Assembly: GCA_043228905.1 (NCBI GenBank)
Contig: JBHGNT010000022.1
Coordinates: 2,604,001-2,668,000, forward strand
From: Azolla caroliniana
Taxonomy: Eukaryota > Plantae > Polypodiophyta
Direction: 5' to 3'
Length of the DNA stretch: 64,000 nucleotides
Part shown: piece by piece, positions 39,201 through 48,800 of the stretch
How positions within the stretch are numbered: the first letter of the stretch is position 1
Layout: each line of letters begins with the position of its first letter
Notes under the pieces: model-generated
Seen by the model: the letters and a program-made list of their open reading frames with translations, nothing else
Databases searched by the model: none
What the model was told of the DNA's origin: nothing
Program-made: the position numbers and the translations under genes

Positions 39201-41691
39201 CCGTTCAGTTCCGGCGTCTTCGGCACAGTAAACTCGAGCCGGATTCCTTTCGAGCGACAGTACTCCGTGAACTGCCCCCGGTATTCCCCTCCGTTATCCG
39301 CTCGTATCGCTTTGAGCTTCTTGCCGGATTCTCTTTCCACTCTTGCGTGGAGTTCTTTGAAGACGGACAATACTTGGTCCTTTGTCTTCAACGGTGCCGT
39401 CCACAGCTTCCGGCTGTGGTCATCAATGAATGTCACGAAGTACTGGGCTCCGCCATGTGACTTCGTTTCTACTTGACACACATCAGTGTGCACCAACTCC
39501 AATGGTGCGCTACGTCTCGTCGGTGGCCTTGAGTGGAAGGAGGCTCGGTTCTGCTTACCGGCCAGGCAATCGGTGCACTTCTCCAGATGCACATGCTTCA
39601 CTGGAATGAGGTTGTCTTCTGCAAGTCTCTTCATCCCCTTCTCGCTCATGTGGCACAGTCTCTTGTGCCACAGCTCACCGGCAGTGTCGGCTGCCACGTT
39701 CAGCTCCTCCGGACATAGCCGGGAATTCATCTGGTACAGTGTGTTGACCTTCCGGGCCCGAGCCACTATCAGGCTCCCCTTGCTGAACTTCATGACACCG
39801 TTCCGGATGCTACCCGTGTAGCCTTCATCGTCTAGCCTGCCGGCCGAAATCAGGTTCAATCGAACCTCCGGAACGTGTCGAACATCCTTCAGCAGCATCT
39901 TGCATCCGGTTGATGTCATCAGCCACACGTCTCCTATGCCGGCTATCCGGCACGTACCTTCATTTCCCATCCGGACACAGCCGTGCTCACCGGCTGTGTA
40001 GGATGAGAAGTATTTCTTCTCCGGGGTCAGGTGGAACGACGCTCCGGAATCGACCACCCAGGTCATCTCTTCACCGGCAAGGTTCAGCTCCCTCTCTTCG
40101 GTAATGAGCATTATCTCTTCTTCACTTGCCGCGAGTGCTGTCGTCCCTTTTCGGTCCTGCCCTCGCCGATCCGGACCTCTTCGGTCCGTGGCTCCCCGGT
40201 ATGCACCGTTTATCTCCGGTGACTTCTTCGAATCGGTGTCGACGGCTCCGTTATCTTTTCGGTAATGCCGACAATTCTTCCGGAAGTGCCCCGGCTTCCC
40301 ACAGTGGAAGCAGGTGGGTCTTCCTCTTGACTCCGACCGGGTCCCCGACTTCTCCCGTCTTTGCGGACTCCGGTTCCAGTGTCTTCCCCGTTCCGATTCG
40401 GTAAGCAGCGCCTTTGAGTCGGAGGCCGGTTCTTTATCTCTCCGACGCGCTTCTTCGTTCAAAATACTTGTCTTTACCGTTTGTAGGGACAAGTTGTCTT
40501 CCGTGCAGGAGGTGCTGAGAGTCACCACCAAGTTCTCCCAGCTGTCCGGCAATGTACACATCAGGATGATGGCTTGCATTGCATCCTCCAACGGGAACTT
40601 GATCGCCGCAAGCTGGTTCACGAATCCCATGAACGTGCTTACGTGTTCCACCATACTCTCGCCGTCCCGGTACTTGAGATTCACAATCTTCCTCATCAGG
40701 GAGGTCCGGTTCAACGCATTCTTCCTCTCGTAGAGGCCCGACAGCTTCTTCCACATCTCATATGCGTTGGTGTCATTCGCCACATGTTGTAGGACGCTTA
40801 CATCGACATATTGTCGGATCGTCGCTACGGCTTTCCGGTTCAGGAGCTTCCACTCCGACTCAAGTACTCCCTTCGGTATTTCCGACCTGTCAATCGGTTC
40901 GTACAGGTCCCGAACAATCAGAAGATCCTCCATCTTGATCTTCCAGTCGGCGTAATTCTGCGCATTCAGCACCATCATTCCCGGCTGCCCGCTGCTGCCG
41001 CCTTCCATTTTCTGTGTTACCGTCGCTCTGATACCAGTTTGTAGGGAATCGACCACCCCGATTTGCCTTCTTCTCTCGGCCACAACCGAGTAATTGCGAA
41101 TCAAAGGAGCAGAAAATAGGAAACACAGAGAAAGACACGATGACACAGGGATTAACGTGGAAAACCCTAAATGGGAAAAACCACGGGAGTCCTCAAACTC
41201 CAACTATCACTATGAACAGGGATGTACACTGGTGAAGCTACAAGGCAACAACCTTGAGCTCACTGTCTTCGTCACAGGCGGCGGTAATACACAGAGGCAG
41301 CGACCTCTTCGTCTCTCTCTCTCTCGGCTGCTCTCACTTCGCATGGAAAAATGAGCAACAACATTTAAACTGTTTGCCCTAAGTCATATTTATACACATA
41401 TATGACTTTCGGGCTATTTACAAATATAGCCTCAAGGGCTCTTGGCAAACATATTTACAAATATGTCCCCGCATCCGGATCTCTCTCCGGGTACATTCGT
41501 CATCCGTCTCCGTAACCGGGGTCTTCATCATCCGGCTCCGTAACCGGGGTCTTCATCATCCGGATCCGTATCCGGGTACTCTTCATCCGGCTTCATGCCG
41601 GGTACTCTTCATCATCCGGTTCCGTAACCGCAACCGGGCTTGCCGTCATTCATCTCCGGACATCCCATCCGGAGGGACCGTAATCCCAACA
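36282..41691 (-). mobile_element. Ty1/copia family D copy D2, intact
   Basis: 652-bp LTRs at 36282-36933 and 41040-41691 (3 mismatches seen). TSD AGAGA inside a GA tract. PBS 41025-41036, PPT 36934-36945. Confidence 0.98.
36944..41008 (-). CDS. D2 gag-pol polyprotein, intact, 1354 aa
   Basis: Single ORF from the first ATG after the PBS (MEGGSSGQ): CFHCGKPGHFRKNC, WVVDSGAS, LVHTDVC..RADNGGEY..LNGLAERMN, YVDDML, TKHIQRRYH. Confidence 0.96.
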   Translation of the reverse strand: MEGGSSGQPGMMVLNAQNYADWKIKMEDLLIVRDLYEPIDRSEIPKGVLESEWKLLNRKAVATIRQYVDVSVLQHVANDTNAYEMWKKLSGLYERKNALNRTSLMRKIVNLKYRDGESMVEHVSTFMGFVNQLAAIKFPLEDAMQAIILMCTLPDSWENLVVTLSTSCTEDNLSLQTVKTSILNEEARRRDKEPASDSKALLTESERGRHWNRSPQRREKSGTRSESRGRPTCFHCGKPGHFRKNCRHYRKDNGAVDTDSKKSPEINGAYRGATDRRGPDRRGQDRKGTTALAASEEEIMLITEERELNLAGEEMTWVVDSGASFHLTPEKKYFSSYTAGEHGCVRMGNEGTCRIAGIGDVWLMTSTGCKMLLKDVRHVPEVRLNLISAGRLDDEGYTGSIRNGVMKFSKGSLIVARARKVNTLYQMNSRLCPEELNVAADTAGELWHKRLCHMSEKGMKRLAEDNLIPVKHVHLEKCTDCLAGKQNRASFHSRPPTRRSAPLELVHTDVCQVETKSHGGAQYFVTFIDDHSRKLWTAPLKTKDQVLSVFKELHARVERESGKKLKAIRADNGGEYRGQFTEYCRSKGIRLEFTVPKTPELNGLAERMNRTIMERVRSMLAHAKLPKGFWAEAMSTATYVINRSPSVPLDGDTPQKVWTGKEVSYRHLKVFGCLAYVHVAKDRRGKLDPKTRPCIFLGYGDDEFGYRVWDPVDKKIFRSRDIIFMEDKTLADWESEKKMKSSKSTGEDKQQSRPARDRLALEDPAEDGEETEPAEEDETDTGTGPDPEMDSDEEETEQPVTEAPERRYPLRERRAPRRFPEPEHVLLTDEGEPESFEEAKHDTQSRRWLSAMQDEMDSLHENHTYELVELPKGKRALRNKWVFKLKPGDAGNPPRYKARIVVKGFQQKKGVDFDEIFAPVVKMTSIRTVLSIAASMDLEVEQMDVKTAFLHGDLDEEIYMQQPEGFEKKGKEHLVCRLKMSLYGLKQAPRQWYRKFDSFMTDEGYLKTQSDHCVFVKKFEGGDSLILLLYVDDMLIVGRDQVKIRMLKKALHRTFSMKDLGPARQILGMHIIRDRSKKQLWLSQEKYVTKVLKRFNMSEARPVGSTLPANCKLSSKQSPKTKAEKEDMMKVPYASAVGSLMYAMVCTRPDIGYAVGVVSRYMSNPGKEHWNAVKWILRYLKGAANVCLRFGSGKSEFDGFTDSDMSADADTSRSTSGYVMTYAGGAVSWQSRLQKTVALSTTEAEYMAAVEAGKEIIWMKDFIRELGIRQEEYRLYCDSQSAIHLAKNAAYHSRTKHIQRRYHWIRERIEDKEFVLTKVHTDENGSDMLTKVLTPDKLEACRKRIGLERHPMPK

Positions 41692-41931
41692 AGAGAGAGA
41701 GATGATGATGATAACAACCAATATATTATGTGAAGGATAAGTACAAAATGGCTAAGAGTCTTAAGACTAGCGTTGAACCAATTTGGTTCAACATAATGCC
41801 TAGTGCCTTCTTTTATAGTGTTGTCAGGAGTAATCCTGAAACTTCTAGAACGTTCCAGAGAAATCTGGAATATACATTACTTTCTTATAATAAAACATGA
41901 ATGAAAATAATATTTTATGAATTACAATAGA

Positions 41932-41986
41932 TGGTGTGATGGTTAAGAGCTCGACCAATATACCATAAGGTTATGGGTTCGAGTCT
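41932..41986 (+). promoter_or_regulatory. tRNA-like A-box/B-box module in the G2 LTR (second copy 47415-47469)
   Basis: T(G/A)GTGTGATGGTTAAGAGC ... AGGTTATGGGTTCGAGTC. Confidence 0.68.
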
Positions 41987-42576
41987 TGCCATATCATGAC
42001 ACTATCTCCCCCTTAAAGACGACGAGTGGAACGAGTCGGCGCTGATTGCGGATCGGGTTTGTCCGGATACTTTCGGTGGAATCAGCAAGCAGATCCTGAG
42101 CATTGGCAACATGCTCGACGGGTTCCCAAGTGCGTTCGCTCGGACTATAACCAAGCCAATTGACCAAATAATAAAGTTTGTTGCGAATAAGTTTGGAATC
42201 GAGGATGGCAGCAACTTCATACTCCAGGCCGGCGTCCAACTCCAGCGGGGGCGGCAATGGTGTAACACGATCAGGAATGGTGTTTGCTTTATAAGGTTCA
42301 AGAAGAGAACAATGGAAAACCGGATGTATGTGAAGCTGCGGAGGGAGATCGAGGCGAAATGTGACATCATTAACCTTACCCGTAATACCGAAAGGACCGA
42401 GTCGTCGATAATCCAACTTGCCGCACGGTCGAGTAGTCTTGATGTGACGACGTAAGAGCCATACTCGATCTCCGATGGCAAAAGAGGAGGGAAGCCGATG
42501 ACGATCCGCGTAAGTCTTCTGTGTCTGTTGAGCATGACGAAGATGAGTCGAGAGATCTGTCTGGATCTTGCGTAGT

Positions 42577-42683
42577 CTCTCCAAATGATCCCCGGCACGA
42601 GGATTGGTAGGTAGCTCTCCAAATGATCCCCGGCACGAGGATTGGTAGGTAGCTCTCCAAATGATCCCCGGCACGAGGATTGG
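42577..42683. repeat. ~2.8 x 38-bp tandem repeat in G2 integrase
   Basis: Unit ctctccaaatgatccccggcacgaggattggtaggtag at 42577, 42615 and 42653. Confidence 0.92.
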
Positions 42684-44290
42684 GAAGACTCGAGTCGAGG
42701 AGTGAATAGCATTATTATACGCAAACTCCGCAAAGTGGAGAATCTCGGCCCAATCGTCCTGTTGATAACTCAGGAAACACCTAAGATATTGCTCCAGCGT
42801 TTGGTTTGTTCGTTTCACCTGCCCATCGGTCTGAGGATGGTAGCCAAAGGAGAGGTTGCAAGAGACCTTGAGCATCTTGAAGAGATGCTGCCAAAACTTG
42901 GATACAAATTGCGGTCCTCGGTCACTGATGATACTATCTGGGAGGCCATGATGCCGAAATACCTCACGCATGACTAGGGCAGCGGTTTCCTCGCTAGTGA
43001 TGGCCTTAGTACACGGAACAAAATGTGCCATCTTCGTATATCGATTGACGATGGTTAAGATAGCATTGAACCCCTGCGAGACCGGCAGATCTGTGATAAA
43101 ATCAAGACAAATAGACTGCCACGGCTTACTTGGAATCGGTAAGGGTTCCAACAAGCCATATGGATGGTGTCGTGGCATCTTTGCTTGGCAGCAAGCACCA
43201 CAGGTCCGAACGTAGTCGTCGACAAAACGGCGCATGTGGGGCCACCAAAAAGATCACTGCACTAGCTCCAACGTCTTAGTACTACCGAAATGTCCCGTCG
43301 TATGGGTGTCGTGACAATGTTGGACGATTTGAAGGCCACAGGAGCAATCGGGGACATATATGCGCTTTTTAAAGAATAACAAACCATCATGATATTCGAA
43401 TTGTCGGTAGTCAATACCTGGTTGTTGAGACTCAGAATAGGATGCCCGAGAAGTATCAATGTGTGCCAGGATGTCTTGAGCAAAACTATCCGTCTTCAAG
43501 TTTGCACGTATGTCATCGGTAATCCGTGAATCCATCGGGGTGTGAAAAATCCGCATTGTGTGCAATCGTGTTGGTCCCAAGATTACTTGCTTTTGATTAT
43601 CAAATGTTGGATCACCAGGACGAGGTGCAAGATATGAACGCCGTGATAGTGCATCTGCTTTTCCTTGCTGCTTCCCCGATCGATATGTGATTTTGAAGTC
43701 GAAATGCGTGAGGAATTGCGCCCACCGAGCTTGCCGTCGATTTAGTACGCGAGCGTTCTAGAAATAAGCAAGATTTTTATGATCACTAAAGACAATGACC
43801 TGATGTGGAGAGCCCTCTAAGAAATGCCGCCATTGCACAAATGAATCCACGATGGCTAATAATTCCTTGTCATGTATTTCGTAGTTGATTTCTGCGACAT
43901 CGAATTTGCGCGAATGGAAAGCCACCGAATGCAACTCTTCTTTATCTCCTTGTTGAGAAAGGATGCTACCGAGGGCGAAATCTGAAGCATCGGCCTCCAT
44001 GATGAATGGTTTGCTGGTATCCACATGAGCTAGAATCGGTGCTGATGTAAAGGCTTTCTTAAGATGCCGAAAAGCCATATCTGCTTCGATGGACCAAAGA
44101 AATGCTTGGCCCTTCTTCGTAAGTTGTGTGACGGGTAAAATAATCTTTGAATAATCTTGTATAAACTTACGGTAGAAGTTAGCAAAACCTAGAAAACATT
44201 CTACATCTTGTACCGACCGTGGAATTTGCCACTCTAGTACAGTTTGGACTTTAGCTGGATCCATGGCGATGCCCTTTGAGGAGATGACGT

Positions 44291-44428
44291 TGTCGGGGTA
44301 GTTTTGGTTCGTGCGGCGAAGTCGCGGGGACTAAGGTTAAGGGGAGTTGAAGAAACTTAACTTTTAATAAGGCTTGTATGGTGATGATAGAATGGTTAAG
44401 GGTAGTAAGACGAAGAGTTACAAGTAAT

Positions 44429-44489
<61 letters not shown>

Positions 44490-44508
44490 GAGCATAGATA
44501 AAAGATAG
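44291..44508. other. 218-bp foreign insert with (TG)n(AG)n in G2 RT
   Basis: Removing it restores VEFLG-Y-VISSKG. No TSD. Confidence 0.75.
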
Positions 44509-45775
44509 AGCCTAGAAATTCCACTTGCTTGCAGTCAAAGCTACATTTTTCTAGCTTGGCATAAAGACCATTCTTGCGGAGTCGCTTTAGTACTAATAGT
44601 ACATGAGAATCGTGCTCTTGCTGGGTCTTCAAATAAATCAATAGATCATCCAGATAGATGATCAAACACATATCCAAGAGGTCTCTGAATATATCATTTG
44701 CCATGTGTTGGAAGACTGCGGGTGCATTGGTTAAGCCGAACGACATAACAGTATACTCGAAATGCCCATACCGCGTGCGAAAGGCGGTCTTCCATTCATC
44801 TCCCGGTCGGATCCGCACGAGGTTATACGCTCCTCGTAGATCGATTTTGGTAAAAAACTTGGCACCATTAACTCGCTCTAAAATACTTGATATAAGAGGA
44901 AGTGCATACCTATTCCAGATGGTGACCTTATTCAATCCGCGGTAATCAACGACGAGACGAAGTGAGCCATCTTTCTTCTTGACAAAGAAGATGGGTGCAC
45001 CGGCCGGAGATTTCGAATGACGGATGAACCCGCTTGCCAAGTTCTCCTCTATGTATGCTCGAAGGACTTCTAACTCGGTGGGTGACAAGTTGTAAATTGG
45101 TCCCCATGGTGGCTCGGTTCCTGGTTGTAAATCGATGGGACAGTCATAGGGACGGTGATGAGGAAGGGTACCGGCTTTTACCTTGTCAAATACATCGGCA
45201 TAAGGGTGATATTTTGCCGGAAGTTGTACTGAGGAGTCCTTAATAGTGCTAGAAGGATGTACTGATATTGCAAATAGGAACATTGCCTCCTTGTGTCCTT
45301 CTTCGCGTAATTGATGGAGTGAAATGGTCGAAACTCGGTGATTAGATTCTTGGGGTGGTCGATATCAGACTTCTCTTGTTCTCCAATCTATGGCTGGATT
45401 ATGTAATTCAAACCAAGGTAATCCTAGGACAATGGGATGCTCTGGACTACTAATTATATTAAATGATATTACACACACAAAACTACCTTGGACAACTTGA
45501 ATGGGTTCTAATTCTTCTACAATATTCCCGGAAGCAATGGGACGACCATCAATGACTACTACAGATGCGGGACAAGGAAGTTTTCTTAGGGATGTCTGAG
45601 AAGCTTGGGCAAAATTTCGATCCATGAAACAGGAATTAGCTCCGGAATCTAAAAGTGCTAGGACGGGTACTGGGAGAGTACTTTTAGTATTAACAATGAC
45701 TTGGGCTAGGAACACATTGCTAACTTGCTTGGAAGGAATGGAACCACTAATGGGTTGTACAGATCTAAGGCTGCT

Positions 45776-45820
45776 GTCCAACCAAACGGCTCCTATTTTG
45801 GCTGGACTCAATCGTTTAAC
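45776..45820 (-). promoter_or_regulatory. Putative -1 frameshift signal of G2
   Basis: G_TTA_AAC, 6-nt spacer, stem gtccagccaaa/tttggttggac; pol is in the -1 frame. Confidence 0.8.
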
Positions 45821-48800
45821 TCTTCATCTAATTGACTAAGGATTTCAAATTTGTTTGAGATACTTGGGCTATTAGTACTATGAATACTATCAGACACTCT
45901 ATTAGTACTATTAATACTATCAGACACTCCGAAGGGAAGAATTGACTCGGGTTTAGTACAGGCGACGATTTGATTTACCTGTCTTCTTGGCCTATGGGGA
46001 CAATTGATGGCGATATGCCCTGCTCCACCGCAATAAAGACATAATCGATTGGCACGTCGTCGTTGCTTTTCTTCTTCTGATAACGGGCCGTGTCGACGCA
46101 TGGTATCGATCTCCATCAATGTCGAAGTATTTGCTTGAGGTATGTCTCGTGCAAACGGTTTAGCCGCGACTGCGGCGTAAGTGGGCTCTGGCCTAGAGCG
46201 TGGTATCTGTAATTGACGTTCCGAACGCCGTTCGAAAAGGCGGTTGTCACATCGGACCGCTCGACTGATTGCCTCCGTAAGAGACTTTGGTTCTTCGGGG
46301 AAAGTTAGAAGTAGATCTTTGACATCGTTTCGCAAGCCATAGAGAAACTGCTCCATTAGTGCTTGATCATCCCAGGGTATATCTGAAGCAAGTAGGCGGA
46401 AATCCGCAGCGTAGGCAGAGGCTGGACGATCGCCTTGACGCAATCACCGGATCTTGTTGATCGCCATCCTGATGCTGTCAGTGTCTCCAAAGCAGGCTTT
46501 AAACTCACTAATAAAATCTTCAAAATGATTAAGCAAGGGCGATTGTTTTTCTAGAAGCGGAGCGAACCATGCTAAGGCTGAGTCGCTAAGCAACGTGCCT
46601 ATTAAGCTGACTCGGGATGCATCAGTGGGATATCGGGAAGGATGCATTTGGAGGACTAATCGTACCTGATTAAGGAATCCCCTGAATTGCGATCGCATTC
46701 CATCAAATTTCATAGGAAGTCCAATCTTCGGCTCTTTATGAAATCCTTGGGGACTTGATCCTTGTTGTTGCAATGCCGCTTCGAGTTGTTGCACCCGTAA
46801 TGCTAACTCCCCATGCTGTTGCTGCGTTTGTTGTTTTTCTAGAGCGATTTGTTGCAGATTCCCTATCAGCCGTTGGTTTTCTTGTTCCAAGGCAACAAAT
46901 TTTTCTTTTAAGCACTGTAGCTCGGAGAAAACGGATTGATATTCTTGGGCGCTAACAGTAGCCATAGTATAGGGAAAAGGGTAGGAGGATGAGGGAGAAC
47001 GACAAGTAGGTTGGAGGATCGGAAATTTTGGTTCAAACTGTCAAGAATAGTACTAAGCAGAGATGGAATTAGTACTAAAGAAGAGCAATACTATTAGTAC
47101 TAAGAGGACGGGACTGCGTAAGACTCCCGAGAGAGAGAGAAAGAGAGAAGCGAAAAGAGAGATAGCGAGGATGAGAGAGAGAGAGAGATGATGATAACAG
47201 CCAATATATTATGTGAAGGATAAGTACAAAATGGCTAAGAGGCTTAAGACTGGCGTTGAACCAATTTGGTTCAACATAATGCCTAGTGCCTTCTTTTATA
47301 GTGTTGTCAAGAGTAATCTTGAAACTTCTAGAATGTTCCAGAGAAATCTGGAATATACATTACTTTCTTATAATAAAACATAAATGAAAATAATATCCCA
47401 TGAATTACAATAGATAGTGTGATGGTTAAGAGCTCGACCCATATACCATAAGGTTATGGGTTCGAGTCTTCCCATATCATGACACGATGAAGTTCCGGTG
47501 CGTCAAACCACATGATGAGCCATAAGGAGTTCTCATACCTTGAGAACCACTCCGTATCCGATTGAGAATGTCGGTGAAGTTCCCCTGAGCCATGTCGGGA
47601 AAAAAGGGAAATGCATGAACGTGTTACACGTCCCGATAATCATGAAGAATCTGGTGTCTCGGTCGGGCAAATCGTCGACCAGGGGATGCAACTCCGGTTC
47701 ACTCATCTTGGGTGCTTCATCGAGGAAGAAGGCTGAGTTATTGCGCAAAGACGGGAGGATGTTTATCCTCGACTCTAGTGACGGTGGCACCACAATGTTC
47801 GCGAAAGGACAAAAAGTCGAGTCGGATATCCACTTATGACACAAGCGGATAGGCCACGTCAACTATCAACGACTTCAGGACCTGCAATCGAAATAAGTTG
47901 TGTTTGGATTGCCCAAATTTGGTGGCCGAAAGGCACAAATTTGTGAAGCTTGCCAGCTATGGAAGCAACATCGACTTCCTTTCCCCAACAAGCGTAATTG
48001 GAGCCGGAAAAAGCTCAACTTGATACATTCGGATGTATGGGGGCCGGCACAGAACGTTAGTCTTGGCGGGAGTCGATATTTTGTCTCCTTCATAGACGAC
48101 TACATGCGGCACACATGGATCTATCTCATTGAAAGGAAGAGTGAAGTCTTCGATTGTTTCCGGGACCTCAAAGGCTTCGTAGAAAGGGAAACAGGGAGAT
48201 AGATCAAGTGCCTGCCATCGGATGGCGGAAAAGAGTACTTTTCCGGTCAATTCAACAATTATCTACAACAAATGGGAATTCGGCGTGAATTCAATTGCAG
48301 GTATACACCAGAGCAAAATGGCATAGCCGAAAGGAAAAATCGGTCGGTTGTGGAAGCGACACGGGCAATGTTGGGAGAAAAGAGCTTGCCCAAGTTCTAT
48401 TGGGCCGAGACGGTACGAACCACGGTGTACATCCAGAATCGGATCAGAGACAAAGTATCGGCGCATGAGCTGTATTTCGGGAGGAAGCCGAATCTACAAC
48501 ACTTGAGAGTTTTTAGTAGCGTTGCGTATGTACATGTGCCGAAGGAGAAACGGAGGAAGTTGGACGCGAAAACTAAGAAGTGTATCTTAGTCGGCTATTC
48601 GGACGAGCAGAAGGGTTATAAGTGCTATAACCCCCGAACCAAACAAGCTCGCGTAAGCCGCGATATTGTGTTTGACGAGTCTGTGTCCTGGTACTTGCCT
48701 CCGACTCCGAACCTCAACTCCAATCCGAGCTCTGACGATGAGGTCAGTGAGCTTGAAGTGCCTCCGGATGAGGGTGAAATCGGGACCCTCGAAGAGAGTC

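Larger units (their letters stand above)
41994..46965 (-). pseudogene. G2 gag (46965-45808, stop at 46444) and pol (45820-41994) pseudogenes
   Basis: ORF pieces colinear with G1 gag, PR, RT, RH, INT and chromodomain. Several stops, frameshifts and one insertion. Confidence 0.92.
36140..47484 (-). mobile_element. Ty3/gypsy chromovirus G2 (sister family of G1), full length, decayed
   Basis: 5' LTR 47039-47484. 3' LTR 36140-36281 plus 41692-42001, split by D2. TSD CGATG at 36135-36139 and 47485-47489. PPT 42002-42014. Confidence 0.96.

Noticed and set aside
41009-41203. 65-aa N-terminal extension of the 1419-aa ORF
   Set aside because: It starts at a non-ATG codon inside the LTR. The first ATG after the PBS is at 41008.
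41925-41997. A functional tRNA gene
   Set aside because: Acceptor and anticodon stems do not pair. Only the A/B boxes and their spacing are kept, so it is reported as a promoter-like module.
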